From the IMG/VR virus record IMGVR_UViG_3300025357_000008, positions 106,262-170,261 of that record: a DNA stretch of 64,000 nucleotides; one strand, 5' to 3'. Of the stretch, positions 30,710 through 39,385 are shown one piece after another (within the stretch, counting starts at the first letter, position 1; every line of letters begins with the position of its first letter). The stretch comes from a virus (lineage: Duplodnaviria > Caudoviricetes). A program made the translations under genes and the position numbers. The notes under the pieces are model-generated. The model had not been told where the DNA came from, searched no databases, and saw nothing but the letters and a program-made list of their open reading frames with translations.

Positions 30710-32289
30710 TGACACAATATTATTATGAAAAGAATCAAAAACTACTTGATTCTAATGTGAATGTGACGTTTGATGATGTCTTAAAGATGACTACTGACGA
30801 ATTTCGTCAATGGGTTATAAATCTACGCAAGACTGTTGTAGACCTATGGGACAACGAAAACTTGCCTCCTAGAGTAGGCTACAACAAGAAAGAAATTATC
30901 AAACAGTTTGCAGAGATGCCAACGTTTCCGGTTCACAAGTTTTTAGTTAAAGACCAGCTAACAGGCGAACTAGACGTAATCAGAAACACAAGTAATGTCG
31001 GTAATGCAGTCAATCAATGGTTTCCTACCATGATGAAGACACGTATTAACTACACAAAGAATGATGATGGTAAGTCTATCTATGATTATTTTGCTAAACC
31101 TGAACTATTAGATACATTTGTAACGTATGCGACAAGACACTTTAAACGTGATTCGTTCTATCATTATTCACTTGTAGTCAAATCAGAAGATACCGAAAAT
31201 ACTGGTAGTCTTCCTATATCGTCAACAGGTAAAGAATGGATACAAGAGTTCGAGCAGACATTTAGAAAACAAGGTAAGTTTGATTACTGGTTACAATCTA
31301 AAGATATAACTGCCGGTTATGATGGCTACAGCGAAGAACTGAAGAACACAAAATTTCTTTCTATAAGTAAAGCAGAAATTGAAGAACTCGGTGACCTCAT
31401 ACCAGAACTTTGTAAATCAAATCTTAACTTTGACAAGTCAGAACATGCCGTCATTAGATACTATCAGCACGGTCAGAAACTGTTTCCAATAGGTTTAAAA
31501 GCGTTCAGAGTATCTTTCTGTCAGTATGCTGTAAACTTCCCGCCATTGACAGCCAAATACTTGTATGAACGTTTTACAGATTCATTTAAAGACCAGGAAT
31601 TGATTAAAATCTACGATCCATCTTCAGGATGGGCAGGAAGACTTCTTGGTGCGATGAGTGTCAAAGATGATAGAAACGTTTTGTATATCGGTACTGATCC
31701 TAATACCGACCACACAACGACAACCGGTAGAACTAAGTATGATGAAATTGCAGACTTCTACCGCAAGAACGTTAAGAAAGGTGGTTTGTTTTCCCATCAA
31801 GTACAACAAACTAAAACTGAAATATACCAGTTAGGTTCAGAAGTCATTCAGTTTAACGAAGACTTTCAGAAACACAAAGGTACAATTGATTTAATCTTTA
31901 CTTCACCACCATACTTTGCAAAAGAAGCGTATTCAGAAGACCCTGAGCAGTCTTATAAAAAGTTCGGTCAGTATGATGAATGGCGAGAAGGCTTTTTACG
32001 TCCTACATTAGAAACTGCCGTTGCATGGTTGAAGAACGACAGATACATTCTATGGAACATTGCAGATGCCGTATTCGGTGGTGATATGTTGCCGTTAGAA
32101 AAAGATAGTCAAGACATACTAGAATCATTAGGTATGGTCTATAAAGGTAAGATTAAAATGGCTCTTGCACAGATGCCAGGTGGGAATCGTGTTGATTCGG
32201 AAACAGGATTACCCAAAGCAAAGAATTTCTGTAAGGTGAATGGTATGTGGTTAAAGTATGAACCGGTATTTGTGTTCTACAAACCTTAA
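30709..32289 (+). CDS. DNA amino-methyltransferase (N4-C/N6-A type)
   Basis: SAM motif DPSSGWAGR followed by catalytic TSPPY. Confidence 0.75.
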   Translation: MTQYYYEKNQKLLDSNVNVTFDDVLKMTTDEFRQWVINLRKTVVDLWDNENLPPRVGYNKKEIIKQFAEMPTFPVHKFLVKDQLTGELDVIRNTSNVGNAVNQWFPTMMKTRINYTKNDDGKSIYDYFAKPELLDTFVTYATRHFKRDSFYHYSLVVKSEDTENTGSLPISSTGKEWIQEFEQTFRKQGKFDYWLQSKDITAGYDGYSEELKNTKFLSISKAEIEELGDLIPELCKSNLNFDKSEHAVIRYYQHGQKLFPIGLKAFRVSFCQYAVNFPPLTAKYLYERFTDSFKDQELIKIYDPSSGWAGRLLGAMSVKDDRNVLYIGTDPNTDHTTTTGRTKYDEIADFYRKNVKKGGLFSHQVQQTKTEIYQLGSEVIQFNEDFQKHKGTIDLIFTSPPYFAKEAYSEDPEQSYKKFGQYDEWREGFLRPTLETAVAWLKNDRYILWNIADAVFGGDMLPLEKDSQDILESLGMVYKGKIKMALAQMPGGNRVDSETGLPKAKNFCKVNGMWLKYEPVFVFYKP

Positions 32290-32306
32290 GTGTACCGCAG
32301 AAATCG

Positions 32307-32335
32307 TTGACAAAAGTATTAAATAGTAGTATAAT
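32307..32335 (+). promoter_or_regulatory. Sigma70 promoter
   Basis: TTGACA-17-TATAAT. Confidence 0.85.
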
Positions 32336-32387
32336 TGTCATACTCAAGTAATTGAGCTTTATTGTTATTTTTATTATAGGAGTTAGA

Positions 32388-32675
32388 ATGACTACATTAT
32401 CAGCAAAACAAAAAATGTTGCAAGCATTGAAAAACGAGCAAACTTTTACAGTTGCACAAGCAAGAGCCCGTTTCGGTGTTGCAAACGTTCCAGCACGTAT
32501 TGAAGAACTTCGCAAAGAAGGTCATTGCATCTACACAGGTAGACGCCGTAATAGTGAAGGTAAACGTGTTAACTATTACACAATGGGACCAGCAACTAAG
32601 TCTCTAGTGCAGTATGCTTTGGCTGCCGGCTATTCTTTTAGCCGCCGTCACAATGGTAACCCATTGACAGCCTAA
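32388..32675 (+). CDS. Small winged-HTH DNA-binding protein (ATG at 32388)
   Basis: TVAQARARFGVANVPARIEELRKEG; AGGAG RBS; own promoter and terminator. Confidence 0.65.
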   Translation: MTTLSAKQKMLQALKNEQTFTVAQARARFGVANVPARIEELRKEGHCIYTGRRRNSEGKRVNYYTMGPATKSLVQYALAAGYSFSRRHNGNPLTA

Positions 32676-32681
32676 GTTCGT

Positions 32682-32706
32682 AGGATGCCTTCGGGCATCC
32701 TTTTTT
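32682..32706 (+). terminator. Intrinsic terminator
   Basis: GGATGCC-TTCG-GGCATCC-TTTTTT. Confidence 0.9.
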
Positions 32707-32722
32707 ATTATTTGGAGAGCAA

Positions 32723-33520
32723 ATGGAAATTTCAATAAAAAAAGAAGAGTTACAAAAAAAGAGTCTATTTGTAGCCACACCTATGTACGGTGGAAACAAT
32801 CACGGGTTGTATGCTAAAGCCTGTTTAGACTTGCAAGCGATTTGTATGCAGTATGGAATTCGAATTAAGTTTTCGTTTCTCTTCAATGAATCCTTAATTA
32901 CTCGTGCTAGAAATTATCTTGTTGATGAATTCTTGCATCGTTCAGACTGTTCACATCTATTATTCTTAGATGCCGATATTCACTTTAACCCACAAGACGT
33001 TATTGCTATGTTAGCAATCGACAAAGAAGTTATTGGTGCACCATATCCTAAGAAAGCAATCAAGTGGCGTTCAGTTGCAAAAGCACTTGAAAGAAACCCA
33101 AAGATAGAGCCACAAATGTTAGAGAACGTTACTGGTGACTATGTTTTTAACCCAGTAAAAGGTACTGCACAGTTTAACGTAACAGAGCCTTTAGAAGTTA
33201 TGGAAATTGGTACTGGCTTTATGATGGTTAAACGTGAAGTATTCCCTAAGTGGGAACTTGCATATCCAGAGTTTCGCTATAAGCCAGACCACGTTGGTCA
33301 AGCACACTTTGACGGTACTCGTTACATTCACGCATATTTCGATACAGTTATTGACGAGAAATCTGAAAGATATCTATCAGAAGATTATATGTTCTGTCAA
33401 TGGTGGAGAAACATCGGTGGTAAAATCTGGTTATGTCCATGGATGAAAACAGACCATATCGGTACTTATCACTTTAAAGGTGACATGCCAGCAGTCGCTA
33501 ACTTTGTTGGAGAACTGTAA
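32723..33520 (+). CDS. GT-A-fold glycosyltransferase-like protein
   Basis: ATPMYGG, ESLITRARN, FLDAD, GTGFM, LSEDY. Confidence 0.7.
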   Translation: MEISIKKEELQKKSLFVATPMYGGNNHGLYAKACLDLQAICMQYGIRIKFSFLFNESLITRARNYLVDEFLHRSDCSHLLFLDADIHFNPQDVIAMLAIDKEVIGAPYPKKAIKWRSVAKALERNPKIEPQMLENVTGDYVFNPVKGTAQFNVTEPLEVMEIGTGFMMVKREVFPKWELAYPEFRYKPDHVGQAHFDGTRYIHAYFDTVIDEKSERYLSEDYMFCQWWRNIGGKIWLCPWMKTDHIGTYHFKGDMPAVANFVGEL

Positions 33521-33879
33521 TGCAAACCGCCATTGATGTTGTAAAGGCTTCTCAAACAGCAACAACTGGCGGTCGTAAGTTTGATGGTAATAAACTAGAA
33601 TATGGTTTGTTACCGCCTCTTGCCCTAAAAGAAGTTGTGAAAGTTCTTACTTTCGGTGCACAGAAGTATGAAAGAGATAACTGGAAACATGTACCGGATT
33701 CTAAGCGCAGATACTTTGATGCAATGGAACGACATATATGGGCATGGAAAGAAGGTGAACAACTTGACCCCGAAACTGGTATGAATCATTTAGCACACGC
33801 AATGTGTTGTTTAATGTTTTTATACGAACATGACGTTAAATATTCCCTTGACACAACACATGAAAAAGGCTATAATTAA
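33520..33879 (+). CDS. dATP/dGTP diphosphohydrolase (DUF5664-like)
   Basis: KFDGNK, FGAQKY..DNW, DPETGMNHLAHA. Confidence 0.8.
   Translation: MQTAIDVVKASQTATTGGRKFDGNKLEYGLLPPLALKEVVKVLTFGAQKYERDNWKHVPDSKRRYFDAMERHIWAWKEGEQLDPETGMNHLAHAMCCLMFLYEHDVKYSLDTTHEKGYN
33848..33876 (+). promoter_or_regulatory. Sigma70 promoter for the gp45 operon
   Basis: TTGACA-17-TATAAT. Confidence 0.85.
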
Positions 33880-33900
33880 CTTTTACATTATGGAGAACAA

Positions 33901-34560
33901 ATGAAATTATCAAACGAAACAATAGATACCTTAAAGCATCTCGCTGGTATCAATCAGAACATTGAGTTCAAGAAAGGTAAAGTACTTAAAACTGTTTCAC
34001 CTTTGAAGAACATCATGGTCAAAACAACAGTCAAAGATGACTTCCCCGAAGATTTTTGCATCTATGATTTGAATGAGTTCTTAACAGTACATACATTGTA
34101 CAAAGATACTGAACTTGATTTCAAAGGTAATGATGTAGTTTTCAAGAGTGCATCTACGAAAAGCAAAATCACATATCGCAAAGCAGAAAAGAACAATATC
34201 GTTTGTGCACCGGACGGTGATTTAGAGATTGAAGAAACTCTTGCAGAAGTAACTCTGACAGAAGATAATCTAAACTCAATTATCAAAAGCGCACATGTCT
34301 TAAAACACGATTCAATTACAATCGAATCTGACGGTAAGAAAGTATATGCTACTTCTTATGAAGAAAAGAATGATGCCTCACATATCAATAAGATTGAAAT
34401 TAGTACATATGAAGGTGATGCATTTAAAGCAACATTCAAAACAGAGAATCTTAAATTGATTCCTGGTAAATATGATGTTATCTTCAGCGAAAACTTTGCC
34501 CAATTCACTAACTCTGCAATTGATTTAGTTTATTGGATTACACTTGAATCTTGGGAGTAA
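33901..34560 (+). CDS. gp45: Sliding clamp gp45
   Basis: MKLSNET, FCIYDLNEFL, ENLKLIPGKY. Confidence 0.93.
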   Translation: MKLSNETIDTLKHLAGINQNIEFKKGKVLKTVSPLKNIMVKTTVKDDFPEDFCIYDLNEFLTVHTLYKDTELDFKGNDVVFKSASTKSKITYRKAEKNNIVCAPDGDLEIEETLAEVTLTEDNLNSIIKSAHVLKHDSITIESDGKKVYATSYEEKNDASHINKIEISTYEGDAFKATFKTENLKLIPGKYDVIFSENFAQFTNSAIDLVYWITLESWE

Positions 34561-34562
34561 TT

Positions 34563-34841
34563 ATGTCATTAAAAGTAAATACGTTATACGGTACATTCGA
34601 TGAAGAACAACTCAAAGACCTAAAAGGTAACATTGAAGAGATTGTTCTTTGTATGACAAAAGTACAAGCAATTAATGAATCTATTTCAGATATTGTTAAC
34701 TTGACATTTGATTCTACAAAGATTCCTAAGAAAATCATCAAGAAAATGGCAAAAGTAAAGTTCAAACAAAACTTTAGTGCAGAAGTTGCAGAGAGTGCAG
34801 AGTTTGAAACACTTTACGGTGCTGTGCAGGAAGTAAAATGA
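34563..34841 (+). CDS. T4 DsbA-like dsDNA-binding/transcription protein
   Basis: Helical 92 aa; KIIKKMAKV.FKQNF..E..EFETLY pattern. Confidence 0.6.
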   Translation: MSLKVNTLYGTFDEEQLKDLKGNIEEIVLCMTKVQAINESISDIVNLTFDSTKIPKKIIKKMAKVKFKQNFSAEVAESAEFETLYGAVQEVK

Positions 34842-35179
34842 GTCGTAGAACTTTCTTAAGAAGTTTCGGTTTGCTAGGGGTAGCAGTTGCGGGAGCATCT
34901 GCCGCCATGGCAAATACAACTCCTGTTGTTATACCTACACCTGAGCCAATAAAGAAAGATTTTGCACACCTTGCACCTGAAGGTGATGTTACTGGCATAC
35001 TAACTCTTGCGGCTGATAATAGAGCACGACAAGAAAAAGAAGCACAATCTAACATGGGTGGTATGTATATTATACCTAGTTTCAATCCTACGAATCAAGT
35101 ATCTATGACGGTTGGTAAAGATGATAGATTGTGGCTTAAAATTGGTGATAAGTGGAAACGTGTAGCACTTGATGCTTAA
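34838..35179 (+). CDS. Exported protein with twin-arginine (Tat) signal peptide
   Basis: MSRRTFLR + hydrophobic core + AMA cleavage site. Confidence 0.7.
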   Translation: MSRRTFLRSFGLLGVAVAGASAAMANTTPVVIPTPEPIKKDFAHLAPEGDVTGILTLAADNRARQEKEAQSNMGGMYIIPSFNPTNQVSMTVGKDDRLWLKIGDKWKRVALDA

Positions 35180-35208
35180 TTTTTTATATTATATTATGGA
35201 GTATTTGA

Positions 35209-36144
35209 ATGAAAGACCACATGTTATGGGTGGAGAAGTATCGCCCACATAAAATTGAAGATTGTATCCTACATCCTTCAATCAAAGAAACTTTTCAACA
35301 ATATGTAAAAGACGGTAAGATTCCTAATCTGCTACTTGCTGGCGGTCCTGGTATCGGTAAGACAACTGTTGCAAGAGCCTTGTGTGATGAAGTCGGTTGT
35401 GATTACCTAGTTATCAACGGTTCAGACGAATCCGGTATTGATACTTTCAGAACTAAAATAAAACACTACGCATCCTCGATGAGTTTTGGGGGTGGGCGCA
35501 AGGTTATCATCATAGATGAGGCTGACTATCTAAACCCAAATTCAACTCAGCCAGCGTTGCGTGGTGCAATGGAAGAGTTCTCTAAGAACTGTTCTTTCAT
35601 CTTCACATGTAACTATAAGAATCGTATCATTGCACCGTTACATTCTAGATGTGCAGTAGTTGACTTTAAGACTAACGGTTCTAAGAAAGAACTAGCAACA
35701 CAATTCTTTAAACGAGTTGAATATATACTCGATGAAGAAAACATATCATTCAAGAAACCTGTAGTTGCCGCTTTAGTTGCAAAATACTTTCCTGACAATC
35801 GTAGAATTCTAAATGAATTACAAAGATATTCTGCCGGTGGAACTATTGACGAAGGTATCTTATCTTCTGTAGGCGAACTTCAGTTAGCTGAACTTATCAA
35901 AGCGTTCAAAGAAAAAGACTTTGGTGGTGTTCGTAAATGGGTTATTGGTAACTTAGATAATGACCCAACACGTATCTTTAGAACAATCTACGATACATTG
36001 TATGATGAATTGAAACCTAATTCTGTACCAGAACTTGTTCTAATTCTTGCAAAGTATCAATATCAAGCGGCATTTGTTGCAGACCATGAGATTAATCTGA
36101 TGGCTTGTTTTACCGAAATTATGATTAACATGGAATTTAAATAG
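35209..36144 (+). CDS. gp44: Clamp loader large subunit gp44
   Basis: WVEKYRP, GPGIGKTT, IIDEAD, SRC. Confidence 0.96.
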   Translation: MKDHMLWVEKYRPHKIEDCILHPSIKETFQQYVKDGKIPNLLLAGGPGIGKTTVARALCDEVGCDYLVINGSDESGIDTFRTKIKHYASSMSFGGGRKVIIIDEADYLNPNSTQPALRGAMEEFSKNCSFIFTCNYKNRIIAPLHSRCAVVDFKTNGSKKELATQFFKRVEYILDEENISFKKPVVAALVAKYFPDNRRILNELQRYSAGGTIDEGILSSVGELQLAELIKAFKEKDFGGVRKWVIGNLDNDPTRIFRTIYDTLYDELKPNSVPELVLILAKYQYQAAFVADHEINLMACFTEIMINMEFK

Positions 36145-36156
36145 GAGGAATATATC

Positions 36157-37299
36157 ATGGTACAATCAACATCCAAATTTAGAAAAGAACTAGCAATTTC
36201 TCAAGAGCCAGTAAAAGACTTGAAAATTATTGGTAAATATACTTATCAAAAAACAATAGATACTGATTTTTGGTTATCTATGAAAGTAACTCCAGTTCAA
36301 AGAAATACTGAAGAAAGACTTAAGAAACCAGAAATACTTGAAAATTTAAGTACTCTTCGGCCTTGTCATTTGCATGTTGCGGTGGGTATTTTAACAAAAA
36401 ATTCAGAATATCTAGGAACAAAATATAACAAAGGTCAAGTTTTTCTAATAGATGGGTGCACAAGGCAATTAGCACAACACCGTGGACTCGTTGATGCACG
36501 ACCTGAACATATCTATGCTTCAGTTTATGAAGCTGAGACCATAGAAAAAATGGAAGAAATTTATCGTACATATGATAATAAAATAGCAGTTGAAACCACT
36601 CAAGACACAGCAAGCGGCATTTTAAGAGCAATTGGTTACGAAGCAAAGAGCAGTAAAATTAAAAATGGTAAATTTATATCTGCTCTTAAAGTCGTTAATG
36701 ATATTCACTTCGGAATAAAAAAACCATTAAACAAGGATCATGCATTAAGAGATGCAATTGTTGAATTTATCAATGAATTTGTAATTGTTGACAATATTAT
36801 ATCCATTAAGAAGAAGGTTTGGGAAGGTGACCATGGTCTTCTAGCCGCCGCTCTAATGGCATATAGAACATATGCAAATACCGACAAGAGAGACAAAGTA
36901 GACCAGTTTTTTACAGATATCGCTCTTGGGAATTCCGGTGTTTGTGTAGAAGGTGTAACAGACGGTATTACTTTTGCTATCAAAGAACTTGAAACACACA
37001 AAGAAATTCCAAAAACTGCCGGTGAATGGAACAAAGGCGAAACAATGAGAAAGAGGATTTCTCATATATTATATTGCTTAGAACAACATTTAAAAGGTAA
37101 GAAGTTTAAACAGCTTGGTGGTGGTTGGGAAAAAGTTGCTAACGAATGGTTCTCAAAGCAAGACGCCATAGTAAGGAATGTACATTTAAACACTAATATG
37201 GTAGCAATGTTTAACCTACAAACTGAAGATGCCAAGTCTAAAAGAGCAAAAAATTTAGTTCAATTTATAAAGGACAAATCAAAAAAGAATTCAGTCTGA
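36157..37299 (+). CDS. Hypothetical protein, possible ParB/DGQHR-like N-terminal domain
   Basis: LIDGCTR motif; AGGAGG RBS; inserted between gp44 and gp62. Confidence 0.45.
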   Translation: MVQSTSKFRKELAISQEPVKDLKIIGKYTYQKTIDTDFWLSMKVTPVQRNTEERLKKPEILENLSTLRPCHLHVAVGILTKNSEYLGTKYNKGQVFLIDGCTRQLAQHRGLVDARPEHIYASVYEAETIEKMEEIYRTYDNKIAVETTQDTASGILRAIGYEAKSSKIKNGKFISALKVVNDIHFGIKKPLNKDHALRDAIVEFINEFVIVDNIISIKKKVWEGDHGLLAAALMAYRTYANTDKRDKVDQFFTDIALGNSGVCVEGVTDGITFAIKELETHKEIPKTAGEWNKGETMRKRISHILYCLEQHLKGKKFKQLGGGWEKVANEWFSKQDAIVRNVHLNTNMVAMFNLQTEDAKSKRAKNLVQFIKDKSKKNSV

Positions 37300-37344
37300 A
37301 GATTACATTTGTTGAAAATAAAAAATATATTATGAGGTTTTGAA

Positions 37345-37734
37345 ATGCCGGACATGTTTAAGGAGATTATACCCTCCATACTTCAAACTAAGAAATGTGT
37401 AATAAATGACGAAGTAGACCGTAAGGATTATAAGTCATTTATCATTAATCGTTCTCTGTCTTATCACAGCGATTGCGTATTGTTTGTCAATGAAATCAAC
37501 AAGTTCCCTGAACTTGATGTGGATATGCAATACCAGTATCTTCTAAATACCATCAGACCTATGAAACGAAAATTTCAACCGTGGCAAAAGTCTGATAAAG
37601 AAAAGAATATTGATGTAGTGAAAGAGTTCTTTGGCTACTCAAATGCTAAGGCCAAAGAGGCTTTACGTATTCTTACCGATGAGCAAATCGCTGAAATAAA
37701 AATAAGAATAGATAAAGGCGGAATGAAAAAATGA
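37345..37734 (+). CDS. gp62: Clamp loader small subunit gp62
   Basis: FIINRSLSY, FFGYSNAKAKEAL. Confidence 0.93.
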   Translation: MPDMFKEIIPSILQTKKCVINDEVDRKDYKSFIINRSLSYHSDCVLFVNEINKFPELDVDMQYQYLLNTIRPMKRKFQPWQKSDKEKNIDVVKEFFGYSNAKAKEALRILTDEQIAEIKIRIDKGGMKK

Positions 37735-38138
37735 TTAATATTACCGATTTAGTTGAGGTGACTTTGAATGAAAAAGATGATTTTCTCAAAGTCAGAGAGA
37801 CTCTAACTCGTATCGGTGTAGCATCCAAAAAAGACAGAACACTATACCAATCTTGTCATATCCTGCACAAGAAAGGTCTTTACTACTTAGTTCACTTCAA
37901 AGAACTATTTGCACTTGATGGAAAGCCTACCGATATCACAGAAAACGATTTATCTCGTAGGAACGCTATTGCAAACCTATTAGAAGATTGGGGTCTGATT
38001 AAGATAGTCAAAAAAGAACAAACAGCAACACCAGAGCCAATCTTTTTGTCACAAGTCAAAATTCTGTCTCACAAAGAGAAGAATGAGTGGCAATTAGTAC
38101 CGAAATATAATATCGGTAAAAAACCTCAAAAGGATTGA
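37731..38138 (+). CDS. regA: Translational repressor RegA
   Basis: DFLKVRETLTRIG, LYQSCHILHK, HFKELF. Confidence 0.97.
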   Translation: MINITDLVEVTLNEKDDFLKVRETLTRIGVASKKDRTLYQSCHILHKKGLYYLVHFKELFALDGKPTDITENDLSRRNAIANLLEDWGLIKIVKKEQTATPEPIFLSQVKILSHKEKNEWQLVPKYNIGKKPQKD

Positions 38139-38163
38139 CATCTAGTATAAATACTAATATAAT
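38135..38163 (+). promoter_or_regulatory. Nested sigma70 and late promoters for hsp20
   Basis: TTGACA-17-TATAAT with TATAAATA (38146-38153) inside the spacer. Confidence 0.8.
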
Positions 38164-38200
38164 TATGTGTCGTGCTAATTCTAGGCGACAATTTTTTAAA

Positions 38201-38226
38201 CTTGCTTTTTTAAGGAGAAAACTATG
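38201..38226 (+). promoter_or_regulatory. ROSE-like RNA thermometer hairpin over the hsp20 RBS
   Basis: CTTGCTT pairs with AAGGAG leaving a bulged G; UUGCU motif upstream of an sHsp gene. Confidence 0.6.
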
Positions 38227-38673
38227 CTATCACTAGCAGATATTAAATCGTTTCAAAAATCTTTTGACCCATTCGCTGTGGGCTTTTTTGATGACTTACA
38301 CGGTCTTGCCCAACTAGCGGCAAAAAACCTCCCCAAATATCCACCATACAATATCAAACAAGTTGACGATAACAAATTCGTCATCGAGATGGCAGTCGCC
38401 GGATTCTCAAAACAAGATATTGAAGTGACACTCAAAGGAAACTCTTTGGTTGTTAATGGTAATATCAATGACAATAAAGATGCTGAAGTTAAGGATCAAT
38501 ACCTTTATAAAGGAATTGCTGACAGAGCCTTCACGCACGAGTTCAAGATTGCCGATAAGGTTGAAATCAAGAACGCTGAAATGGTCAACGGTATGTTGAA
38601 AATTTGGTTAGAGAATATGGTAAAAGCACAAGATGCGGTCAAGAAAATAACCATAAATACCAAAGATGAATAA
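38224..38673 (+). CDS. Small heat-shock protein Hsp20 (IbpA-like)
   Basis: YPPYNI, EMAVAGF, YKGIADRAF, NGMLKI. Confidence 0.95.
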   Translation: MLSLADIKSFQKSFDPFAVGFFDDLHGLAQLAAKNLPKYPPYNIKQVDDNKFVIEMAVAGFSKQDIEVTLKGNSLVVNGNINDNKDAEVKDQYLYKGIADRAFTHEFKIADKVEIKNAEMVNGMLKIWLENMVKAQDAVKKITINTKDE

Positions 38674-38743
38674 CTACTGGCCCGTATCAGACGAAGAATG
38701 GGAACGTCTAAATTACCCTGAGAAGTTCCAAAACAAGAAGTAA
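38666..38743 (+). CDS. Possible 25-aa peptide MNNYWPVSDEEWERLNYPEKFQNKK
   Basis: ATG overlaps the hsp20 end; stop just before the terminator. Confidence 0.35.
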   Translation: MNNYWPVSDEEWERLNYPEKFQNKK

Positions 38744-38747
38744 TTCC

Positions 38748-38801
38748 TGTTGCGGAAAAACAACAAGGGGTCTTGACAGACCCCTTTTTTTATAGTAGAA
38801 T
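38748..38801 (+). promoter_or_regulatory. TGTTG-N8-CAACA palindrome plus sigma70 promoter overlapping a terminator
   Basis: TTGACA (38773)-17-TAGAAT; -35 box forms the loop of AAGGGGTC/GACCCCTT-T tract. Confidence 0.75.
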
Positions 38802-38807
38802 ACAACC

Positions 38808-39011
38808 ATGAAAACGAATAAACCAATTCTAATTGAACTGCGTTCGCTAACGAACACAAAGCAAACTTACTGGACTTACTCTAATTGGGAAGAGAAAGAG
38901 ATAGACGGTGAGATGTTTACTCCTGTTACAAAGTTTATGCCTAATCAAAAACATAATACTGAATTGCATTATGTTAGGTCAAACAGTTTGGAAAAGATAC
39001 GAGAGTTTTAA
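38808..39011 (+). CDS. Hypothetical protein, probably leaderless
   Basis: ATG 7 nt after the -10 box; no SD. Confidence 0.55.
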   Translation: MKTNKPILIELRSLTNTKQTYWTYSNWEEKEIDGEMFTPVTKFMPNQKHNTELHYVRSNSLEKIREF

Positions 39012-39014
39012 TTT

Positions 39015-39089
39015 CTGGCGTTCGTTCAATGGATAGGACAGGATTCTTCTAAAGTCTTAATAGAGGTTCGATTCCTCTACGCCGGACCA
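39015..39089 (+). tRNA. tRNA-Arg(UCU)
   Basis: Cloverleaf, loop CTTCTAA, CCA end. Confidence 0.9.
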
Positions 39090-39090
39090 A

Positions 39091-39165
39091 CCTGGTATAG
39101 CATAGTGGTAGTGCCGAGAACTCATAATTCTTACGGGAAAGGTTCGAATCCTTTTGCCAGGACCA
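39091..39165 (+). tRNA. tRNA-CAU (Ile2 or Met)
   Basis: Loop CTCATAA, CCA end; identity not resolvable by eye. Confidence 0.8.
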
Positions 39166-39206
39166 TTTATTTTCGGTAATGATGTAGTAAAAACACAACA
39201 AATGTA

Positions 39207-39235
39207 TTGACAAGAATTAAAAATTGCTATATAAT
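39207..39235 (+). promoter_or_regulatory. Sigma70 promoter of the leader/attenuator
   Basis: TTGACA-17-TATAAT; TGTAG-N8-CAACA upstream. Confidence 0.9.
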
Positions 39236-39270
39236 AGAGACTTATTAAATTAATTAAGAAAGAAATAAAA

Positions 39271-39360
39271 ATGTTTACGAAACCGACATCCCATATAAGT
39301 TATCGCACAGAGATTTGCGATAATCAATCATGGGCCTTCCCAAAAGGGGTTTCTGTATAA
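39271..39360 (+). CDS. Putative attenuator leader peptide MFTKPTSHISYRTEICDNQSWAFPKGVSV
   Basis: 29 codons, 19 amino acids, 27 distinct codons; 3' end complementary to the terminator 5' arm. Confidence 0.75.
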   Translation: MFTKPTSHISYRTEICDNQSWAFPKGVSV

Positions 39361-39385
39361 GTTTTTAATCTAAGAGATTATACAC

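Noticed and set aside
39015-39089. Possible amber suppressor tRNA (CTA in the loop) or stop-codon recoding
   Set aside because: The 7-nt loop CTTCTAA places TCT at 34-36 (Arg); core genes are intact in the standard code
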